Below the pieces are notes generated by a model. It did not search any database and was not told where the DNA came from. It saw only the letters and a list, made by a program, of their open reading frames with translations. A stretch of 63,027 nucleotides of DNA, counting the filler, from Anaerolineae bacterium (lineage in GTDB: Bacteria; Chloroflexota; Anaerolineae; Epilineales; Epilineaceae): assembly GCA_029262755.1 (NCBI GenBank). It is 7 parts of 7 records of this genome, joined end to end, with 100 filler letters (N's around TTAATTAATTAA, not from the genome) between each part and the next. Parts side by side here need not be neighbours in the genome. Positions count along the whole stretch, not along the records: positions 54,600 to 63,027 come from JAJCYU010000099.1; 6 more parts are not named here. The stretch is one strand, 5' to 3'. Below, piece by piece: positions 56,099-63,027 of this stretch. How positions within the stretch are numbered: the stretch's first letter is position 1; every line of letters starts with the position of its first letter. Position numbers and translations under genes: made by a program.

Positions 56099-58723
56099 CT
56101 ACGCTTCGTTGCGTGTGATCGGTAGGTGGATCCTCCATTCCGGCGTTGCCGGGCCGGCGGTAGACGTCGGGGGCGCGGTTGCGGGCGGCGTGTCGCTCGG
56201 CTCGGACGCCGGCGTGTCCGATGCCTGTGGGCTGGGCGTAGCGATCGGTGTCGGCATGGGCGTCGTGCTCGCGCCTGTGGTCGGCGACGGGGCCGCGGTG
56301 GGCGTGCCGCCCGCCGTCGGTGTCGCGCTCGGCGGGTCCTCGGTGGCCGTGACTGTCGGCGGCGGCGATTGGGTCGCCGTCGCCGGCGCGGTGGGCAGCA
56401 CGGTGGCAGGCGCGGATGACGTGACAGTCGGCGGTACCAAGGTCGCGGTCGGCACCGGGGTAGCCGGCGGCGCGGACACTACATTGGAGAAGGGCGAGGT
56501 GCCTAGGTCGTCGGTCGACGTGGTAGTGAAAAAGGTCTCCTCGGCCGCCGGCAAGTCGAAGGCGAATGCCCCGGCCTCGTCCGCAACCGCGTCCGCCAAA
56601 TAGCGCCGACCTTCGCCGTCGTCCAGGCGATTGGCGAAAAGCTGAATCAAGCACCCTGCACAGGCGGTGCCGTCCACGCGTCGGGCGGGGAAGACGACAG
56701 GATCCAGCATCGGCGCCTCGATCCCTCCGTTTGCGCCGCCGCTCAGCGCGATGCCCGCGCCGCCGTTCTCGTAGATCGCGTTCGCGGCGAAGGTATGGCT
56801 GAACGTGTCCGCACCGTCTACGAGGATGCCGTCCGCGCCGTTGTACGCGATGGTGTTGTCGACCCCGAGATGCGTATTCTGCGCGCCACCAAGGATCACC
56901 ACACCGGCCTCGGCGTTGGGAATATCGGCGGAGCCGTCCGCCGTGGTGCCGATCCGATTCTCGGCCAGCGTAACGTCCCGCGTATCCGGTCCTTCGATGC
57001 GTACCCCGACACGGTTACCGCTAATCGTGTTTCCCGGGTCGAAATCGATCTGTTGCTGGGAATCCGTGAGCCCGGCGGTGGCCTTGCGCGCGAACCGGTT
57101 GAGGTCGATCTCCAGGGGAATCAAGCCCACGAAGACGAATGAGGCCCCGCCGGCCACGCGCAAACCAGCTTTCTCGTTACCCAACGCGGCGGCGCCATCC
57201 TGAGTCGTGCCGATTCGATTCCCGATGATGAGGTTGTCGGTGCTGCCCGCGTCGAGAACGACCACGCCGTCGCCGACGTTACCGGAGATCAGGTTGCCCT
57301 CGGGCGGATCGAAGCCTCCAGCGGGTTCGCCGAGGGCGGCGCCGACCAGGTTGTTCCGCGCACCTCCCGCGATGCGTACGCCATCGCCACCGTTGGGCAG
57401 CGACTCGTTGCCGTCGAGATTGGTCCCGATGCGATTGCCACTGATGATGGCATTCATCGTCTGGTCGCCACTTAGGTACACGCCGTGCGTGGCGTTGCCT
57501 GAAATCAGGTTTCCTTCCGCCTCGGAACCGCCGATCGTCACGCCTGCGGAATGTGCGACCCGCACACCAGAGCCGCCATTTGGCATGACGGTCTGGCCGC
57601 CGCGGCCCGTGCCTATGAATGCGCCGCGGATCGTGATGTTGTTGGCCCGCTCTAGTTGGACACCGTGGCCGAAGTTGCCCGCGATGACATTGGGCTGCCC
57701 GTCCTCGCTAGTCGTTATCAGAATATCGTGCGCGCCATTCATCACGTGCACACCATCACCACCGTTCGATAGCGCGATGTTATTCAGGCTGTCTCGCCCG
57801 ATGAGATTCGAGACCACGCGCACCGCGGACGTGGACGCGCCGTCCACCCGCACACCATCCGCCTGGTTGCCTGAGATCAGATTGTCTTGGACGAGGATCC
57901 CGAACTCACCTCCCGACAGCCCTGAGGACTCGCCGGACGCACCTTCAGCCACGAGCACGCCTGAGCCCACATTGGCCTGAGCGGCGAAGCCACCGACATC
58001 GGTTCCGATGAAATTGCCGATCACTTCAATCTCGCCGGTTCCGTCGCCCAACACCGCGACACCTTCACCCACATTGCCGCTGATCACGTTTCCTTCAGCG
58101 GTCACCGGTCCACCTACCCTCACCTGACGCGCGCCGCCCGAGATCGCGATGCCCGCTCGGCCGTTGCCGATGCTCACCGCGCCCGTCGAATCCAGACCGA
58201 GATAGTTCCCGGCTACGACAACCCGCCGCGCGCCGTCCCCGGTCACAACCACACCATTGCCGCCGAAGCCGTGCACGGCCAAGCCGCGGACTTCGACGTC
58301 GGGGCCGGTGATCCGCAAGCCGTCCGGTCCGGCGGGGCCCGGCCCGACCAGCTCGATGAGAATCGTGCCGCCTTGAAGGTCCAGTCCCGGCGCCGCCCCC
58401 GGCTGCGAATAACCGTCCAACAAGAGGTCACCACGACTGATTTCTGGCAGGGCTTCCACGACGTGGATACGGCAGGGGCCACCGCAGCCCGGAATATCGA
58501 AAGAGATCGTGACGCGGTCGGTCAACGCGGCGGTGTTCGCATCCACCAACGCCCTTCGCAGTGAGCCAGGTCCCGAATCGCCCGCGTTCGTGACCAGAAA
58601 TGTCGTCTGGGAGGGGCGCGCCATCGCGGGCTGCGCAGACGATCCCAAGCCGACGACGAGGCACATCGCCGCCAGGCTGCCGAAGAGTCCGCCACAGCGT
58701 CGCCCGCCGATTCGCCCCATCAT
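56099..58723 (-). CDS. Secreted right-handed parallel beta-helix repeat protein with Pro/Thr tail
   Basis: Signal peptide; DSGPGSLR; repeated GNxIG and NLISGN units; terminal IHLPITRN. Confidence 0.85.
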   Translation of the reverse strand: MMGRIGGRRCGGLFGSLAAMCLVVGLGSSAQPAMARPSQTTFLVTNAGDSGPGSLRRALVDANTAALTDRVTISFDIPGCGGPCRIHVVEALPEISRGDLLLDGYSQPGAAPGLDLQGGTILIELVGPGPAGPDGLRITGPDVEVRGLAVHGFGGNGVVVTGDGARRVVVAGNYLGLDSTGAVSIGNGRAGIAISGGARQVRVGGPVTAEGNVISGNVGEGVAVLGDGTGEIEVIGNFIGTDVGGFAAQANVGSGVLVAEGASGESSGLSGGEFGILVQDNLISGNQADGVRVDGASTSAVRVVSNLIGRDSLNNIALSNGGDGVHVMNGAHDILITTSEDGQPNVIAGNFGHGVQLERANNITIRGAFIGTGRGGQTVMPNGGSGVRVAHSAGVTIGGSEAEGNLISGNATHGVYLSGDQTMNAIISGNRIGTNLDGNESLPNGGDGVRIAGGARNNLVGAALGEPAGGFDPPEGNLISGNVGDGVVVLDAGSTDNLIIGNRIGTTQDGAAALGNEKAGLRVAGGASFVFVGLIPLEIDLNRFARKATAGLTDSQQQIDFDPGNTISGNRVGVRIEGPDTRDVTLAENRIGTTADGSADIPNAEAGVVILGGAQNTHLGVDNTIAYNGADGILVDGADTFSHTFAANAIYENGGAGIALSGGANGGIEAPMLDPVVFPARRVDGTACAGCLIQLFANRLDDGEGRRYLADAVADEAGAFAFDLPAAEETFFTTTSTDDLGTSPFSNVVSAPPATPVPTATLVPPTVTSSAPATVLPTAPATATQSPPPTVTATEDPPSATPTAGGTPTAAPSPTTGASTTPMPTPIATPSPQASDTPASEPSDTPPATAPPTSTAGPATPEWRIHLPITRNEA

Positions 58724-58857
58724 GACCACCTCCGCGATTCCCGATTGGGGGCCAGTATAGTGGATGTTTGCGGTGATTCGGGGGGTGGCAAGGGGCCCGC
58801 CGCGCTTCACGGCGCTGCAGGCCCCCTTTGCATGTCGTCTCCGTTACTACGATCGCC

Positions 58858-59193
58858 CTATCGCTTGAGCTTCACCGCCGTGCCGTAGGCGAGCAGCTCC
58901 GCCGCGCCCTGGGCCATCGCGCTGGTCGTAAACCGCAGGCACACGATACCGTCCGCGCCGCGCGCGATCGCCTCCGCGCACATCCGGTCGATTGCCTGCT
59001 CTCGGCTCTCGGCGAGCATCTTCGTGTATTCGTTGATCTCGCCGCCGACGATCATGCGCATCGTGGCAAGCAGATCCTTGCCCAAGTGGCGCGCACGGAT
59101 CGTGTTGCCGCGCACAAGGCCAAGCGTCTCTACAATCGTGGCGTCCTCGAAGCGGTCCTGGGTTGTCAGGCGCAACTCGGTCTGCAAAGTCAT
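58858..59193 (-). CDS. YbjQ/UPF0145 family protein
   Basis: LGLVRG, IVGGEINEYT, ARGADGIV and LLAYGTAV. Confidence 0.9.
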   Translation of the reverse strand: MTLQTELRLTTQDRFEDATIVETLGLVRGNTIRARHLGKDLLATMRMIVGGEINEYTKMLAESREQAIDRMCAEAIARGADGIVCLRFTTSAMAQGAAELLAYGTAVKLKR

Positions 59194-59201
59194 ATCGGCT
59201 C

Positions 59202-59411
59202 CTACTTCTCGACCGACTGGTCGTAGTGGCGATCCTCGGCGCTCGCAGCGCGATCGCGCAAGGCTTTGAACAGCAGCAGCGCAAAGCCACCGACCGTGGC
59301 CCATCCGAGCACGGCTTCGGTCGATCCGAGGTCGGTCTCCAGAATGGCAAGTCCAAGCCACGCGAGCGTGACGAGGCCGAGGACGAGGTAGGCGATTCGT
59401 TCGAGGTTCAA
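59202..59411 (-). CDS. Small two-TM membrane protein
   Basis: AAGGAGG RBS before TTG; C-terminal EDRHYDQSVEK. Confidence 0.7.
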   Translation of the reverse strand: MNLERIAYLVLGLVTLAWLGLAILETDLGSTEAVLGWATVGGFALLLFKALRDRAASAEDRHYDQSVEK

Positions 59412-59857
59412 AGCGTGCCTCCTTGGGGCGCGATCAGGATACGCGCGAACTCCGGTCGAGTTGCAGGGGAGTGCGCTGGACCAATAGCCATCTGTAGCAG
59501 CAATTGCCATGGCAAACAGTCTCGGTTGACACACGAGACCGCTTTCCTCGCTACACGGATGGGTCTAGAGCCGCTTCGTCTGTGACGTCGACGAGATACT
59601 CCGTCCCCGCGCGCAATCGGCTTCGAGCCTGTAGTACGAGCGCCCACATTCCGCCGGCGCGCCCTCGGAAACTGCCTCGAACTACTTGACGAGCCCTCAG
59701 GGCTCGTCCGTTAACAAGGTCGCCAACCGAGGGCGTTGCTGCGCCGCTGTGCTGGTTCGCAGAGACGAAGGAATAGCAGCGCTATTGCTGAGGACCAGCG
59801 GGCCGGCACAGCGGATGCAGCGACGGCCGAATTGGTGAGATTGTTGACGGACGAGGC

Positions 59858-60073
59858 CTAGACGCCGATCCCCTCGTCGCGGTCCTTTCGCTCGCCGGAC
59901 ACGCCGGCGATCGCGATCATGCCCAAGAACAGACCGGCCACGGAAGCAATGTAGGAGACGAAGCTCAACCACAGTGTCGAAGGCAGCACGTTAATGACCA
60001 TACCGAAGGGCAGCACGGCCCCTGCGATGAGCATCACCATGGCTATGCGTAGCAGCCTAGAGGGGTTTGCCAT
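59858..60073 (-). CDS. Small two-TM membrane protein at the end of the ABC operon
   Basis: AAGGAG RBS; overlaps the oppF stop. Confidence 0.65.
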   Translation of the reverse strand: MANPSRLLRIAMVMLIAGAVLPFGMVINVLPSTLWLSFVSYIASVAGLFLGMIAIAGVSGERKDRDEGIGV

Positions 60074-61169
60074 CGACCAGCTCCTTTCGGGCGGGCACGC
60101 CGAGCGGCCGATCGCCCATCACTTCCTTGTCGTAGAGCCAACAGTGCACAAGGTGCTCGTCCTTGATCTCGACGGTCGGCGGCTCCCGCTCGTCGCACAC
60201 ACCCTCCATCGCGAAGGCGCAGCGCGGGTTGAAGCGACAGCCCGCGGGCGGATGGACGAGGCTCGGCGGCTCACCGGGCGGCACCTCGCGTTGGACGAGC
60301 GCGTTGCGCGCATCGGGATCGGACGAGGCCGACAGCAGTGCCAGCGTATAGGGGTGCGACGCGTCGTCGAGGATATCGTCGACCTTGGCCATCTCGGCGA
60401 TCCGACCGGCGTACATCACGAAGATGTGCTCGGAGAAGTAGCGCACGGTCGAAAGGTCATGGGTGATGTAGACCACGGCCAGGTTGTGCTCTTCCTGGAG
60501 TTTGCGCAGGATCTTGAGAATCTCGACGCGCACCGAAGCGTCGAGCATCGACACCGGCTCGTCGGCCACCAGGAGCTTGGGTCCTAGGATCATGGAGCGC
60601 GCGATCACCACACGCTGCTGCTGCCCACCGCTGAGCATGTGCGGGAACTTGGGCAGCCACTCGGCCGGCGGCGACATCTTGACCTCGATGAGCGCCTGCT
60701 CGATACGCGCCTGGCGCTCCACGGGGTCGTCGACGCCGTTGATGATCAGCGGCTCCTCGAGGATGCGCTTGACGTTCATAAACGTGGGCAACGCCCCGAA
60801 GGGATCCTGCTGCACGTAGCCAACCTGAGAGCGGAACCACTTCAGATCGCCCTTGCGCAGCGCGCTCACGTCGCGGCCATCGAAGAGGATTTGACCGGCT
60901 GTCGGCGTGTTCAAGCCGAGGATGGCCTTCATCAAGCTGGACTTGCCGCAGCCACTCTCGCCGACCACGGCCAACGACTCGCCGCGGGCGACGTCGAAGC
61001 TCACCCCGTCGACGGCTCGTACGTCGCCGGCGTGGGCAAAGCCCCAGCGCTTGAGCTCATACCACACCCGCAGATCGCGCACGGAAAGCAACGGCGCGTC
61101 CGGGTCGACGACAGGAATGCTCGGCGACGCCAGCGCGACCGGAATCGGGCCGAGGGTGGTCGAGGTCAT
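60057..61169 (-). CDS. oppF: Oligopeptide/dipeptide ABC transporter ATP-binding protein (OppF-like)
   Basis: GESGCGKS, LSGGQQQR, ADEP, HPYT and GCRFNPRC. Confidence 0.88.
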   Translation of the reverse strand: MTSTTLGPIPVALASPSIPVVDPDAPLLSVRDLRVWYELKRWGFAHAGDVRAVDGVSFDVARGESLAVVGESGCGKSSLMKAILGLNTPTAGQILFDGRDVSALRKGDLKWFRSQVGYVQQDPFGALPTFMNVKRILEEPLIINGVDDPVERQARIEQALIEVKMSPPAEWLPKFPHMLSGGQQQRVVIARSMILGPKLLVADEPVSMLDASVRVEILKILRKLQEEHNLAVVYITHDLSTVRYFSEHIFVMYAGRIAEMAKVDDILDDASHPYTLALLSASSDPDARNALVQREVPPGEPPSLVHPPAGCRFNPRCAFAMEGVCDEREPPTVEIKDEHLVHCWLYDKEVMGDRPLGVPARKELVDGKPL

Positions 61170-61212
61170 GCCAGGCTCCAGGGGCGGCGGTCGGTATGGG
61201 GTACGGGGACGA

Positions 61213-62187
61213 TCATTCGTGCAGCCAACACTTTACCCAGCGCTCGCCCTTGTAAAAGATGGGCGGCTCCTGGTCGCATTTGTCGAAGCGAGCCGGGCAA
61301 CGCTCGGCGAAGCGGCAACCAGTGGGCGGGTTGATGAGGCTCGGCGGCTGACCCGTGATGAACTCCAGCTCGTCGCCGCCGCTCAGGCGGGGCACGCTGG
61401 CCATCAGCTTCTGCGAGTAGGGATGCAGCGGCTCCTCGAAGAAGCTTGCGGCATCGCCCACCTCCACGATCTGCCCGGCATACATCACGGCCACGTTGTC
61501 GGCCAGCTCGCTTGAGGTGGCGATGTCGTGGGTGATCAGAATGAAGGAGGTGTTGCTCTCCTTCTTCACGCGCTTGAGCAGGTTCATGATGTTGGCCTGC
61601 GTCAGCACGTCGAGCGCCGAAGTCGGCTCGTCGAGCACGACGAGGTCGGGATCGGTCAGGAGCGCCATGGCGATGATGGCACGTTGGCGCATCCCGCCGC
61701 TGAGTTCGAAGGCGTAGCGGTGCAGGAAATCGGCGGGCACGCCTACCTGCGCAAAGGTCTCCAACGCGCGCTGGAGACCCTCATCCTTGCTCAGACCCAG
61801 GTGGACCACGGCCGGCTCGGCCACCTGCTCGCCGACCCGTAGCACGGGGTTCAAGGCATTCATGGCCGCCTGCGGCACCATGGAGATGCGCTTCCACCGA
61901 ACGTGCCTCCGGTACTCCTCGTCGTTGAGGAGCATGACGTCTTCACCGCCGAGTTCCACCCTGCCGCTAAAGTCGTGCACGTTGCGCGGCAGGAGGCGCA
62001 GGATCGCCTTGGCCAACGAGCTCTTGCCGCAGCCCGACTCGCCGATGATCACCGTCGCCTCGTTGCGCGGCAGCTGGAAGTCGACGCCGTCCACAGCCTG
62101 GACGATGCCGCTGCGCGTCTTGAAGTGCAGCTGCAACGCCTCGATTTCGAGGAGCGGTTCGCGAACCGCGCCGTTTGTGGTGGTCAT
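61213..62187 (-). CDS. oppD: Oligopeptide/dipeptide ABC transporter ATP-binding protein (OppD-like)
   Basis: GESGCGKS, LSGGMRQR, LDEPT, HPYS and GCRFAERC. Confidence 0.88.
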   Translation of the reverse strand: MTTTNGAVREPLLEIEALQLHFKTRSGIVQAVDGVDFQLPRNEATVIIGESGCGKSSLAKAILRLLPRNVHDFSGRVELGGEDVMLLNDEEYRRHVRWKRISMVPQAAMNALNPVLRVGEQVAEPAVVHLGLSKDEGLQRALETFAQVGVPADFLHRYAFELSGGMRQRAIIAMALLTDPDLVVLDEPTSALDVLTQANIMNLLKRVKKESNTSFILITHDIATSSELADNVAVMYAGQIVEVGDAASFFEEPLHPYSQKLMASVPRLSGGDELEFITGQPPSLINPPTGCRFAERCPARFDKCDQEPPIFYKGERWVKCWLHE

Positions 62188-62188
62188 G

Positions 62189-63027
62189 CTAGAGCTCCCG
62201 CAAGCGCGGATTGAAGACCCGGTCCAACGCAAACCCGACCATGGCGAAGGCAAGCCCCGCCACCATCAGCAGCGCGGCCGGCTCCAGGATCCAGTAGTAG
62301 TGGCCGCTGAACAGCGCCCCGTTCGAGTTCGCATCCTGGATAATCTTACCCCAGGTCGGCAGAACGGGGTCGCCGAGGCCCAGCACGGCGAGCGAGGCTT
62401 CGAGGAAGACGAAGCCCGGCACGAGGATCACGAGGCTCGGAATCACCAGCGGCAGGATGCGCGGAACGAGATAGCGGAAGATGATGCGCATATTGCTCGC
62501 ACCATAGGCCTGCGCCGCTTCGATGTACGGCAACGTGCGCACCTGCAAGAAGATCGCACGATAGCTCTTGATCGAGGCGCCGAAGATCGACAAGAGGATC
62601 ACAATTCCCAGCATCACCCAAATGCTGCGTGAATAGAACGTGCCGACCATGATGAGGATCGGCAGCAGCGGCAGGATCAGGTTCACCTCCGTGATCCGCT
62701 GGATTGCCTCGTCCAACCAGCCGCCGAACCAAACGCCCATGGCCGCGATGGCCATCGTGGTAACGGTCGTGCCCACGGCCGCGAGCAGCCCGAAGGCCAT
62801 CGCGATCGGGGTGCCCCACATCAGCGCCACCATGAGATCGCGCCGCTGGTGGTCCGTGCCGGCGAGGCCGTGCACGTCGCCGTAGACGACGAGACGGGCG
62901 TCCAGGTCTTTGCCCTTCTCAAACAGCAGGCCTTCAACCTCGAGCCGATACTCGCCCTTCATCGGCGTGGGATTTTCCGCGTCGGGGTCGGAGAACAACC
63001 CGATCTCGACCCGCTGGCCGCCAAGGC
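62189..63027 (-). CDS. oppC: Oligopeptide ABC transporter permease (OppC-like), 5' end beyond window
   Basis: GTDHQRRD, YIEAAQAYGA (EAA motif), LGLGDP and FNPRLR. Confidence 0.85.
   Translation of the reverse strand, partial: LGGQRVEIGLFSDPDAENPTPMKGEYRLEVEGLLFEKGKDLDARLVVYGDVHGLAGTDHQRRDLMVALMWGTPIAMAFGLLAAVGTTVTTMAIAAMGVWFGGWLDEAIQRITEVNLILPLLPILIMVGTFYSRSIWVMLGIVILLSIFGASIKSYRAIFLQVRTLPYIEAAQAYGASNMRIIFRYLVPRILPLVIPSLVILVPGFVFLEASLAVLGLGDPVLPTWGKIIQDANSNGALFSGHYYWILEPAALLMVAGLAFAMVGFALDRVFNPRLREL

Noticed and set aside
1..63027. tRNA or rRNA genes, integrases, transposases and known defence systems
   Set aside because: None recognised by eye; a tRNA/Rfam scan would be needed to exclude divergent RNAs.

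Overview
The window is an artificial concatenation of seven contig pieces (1-7810, 7911-17993, 18094-22800, 22901-30941, 31042-35436, 35537-54499, 54600-63027) joined by 100-bp N/TTAATTAATTAA spacers, so gene neighbourhoods do not extend across spacers. Most of it is high-GC bacterial chromosome, probably Chloroflexota (inferred from recurrent Pro/Thr linkers followed by an [IV/A][YFH]LP motif). It holds a complete-looking queuosine-salvage operon (Qng1/DUF2419, TGT with a GGSLG pocket, dedicated ECF transporter) next to hemW and trmK. It also holds ribA, a GGT, a MutS-like membrane ATPase, DUF2339/DUF3999-like genes, VWA proteins, a VTC-DUF4956/CotH/YHYH/two-component cluster and an Opp ABC operon. 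The contig at 31042-35436 is foreign and looks like a phage early region: a structured C-tract-rich leader, a near-consensus sigma70 promoter and short co-oriented unknown ORFs. It is strongly enriched in GAGTC/GACTC and contains an intact type II hammerhead ribozyme with a pseudoknot in an intergenic gap (33263-33322), which the ORF track does not show. All calls come from reading motifs by eye; no database searches were run.
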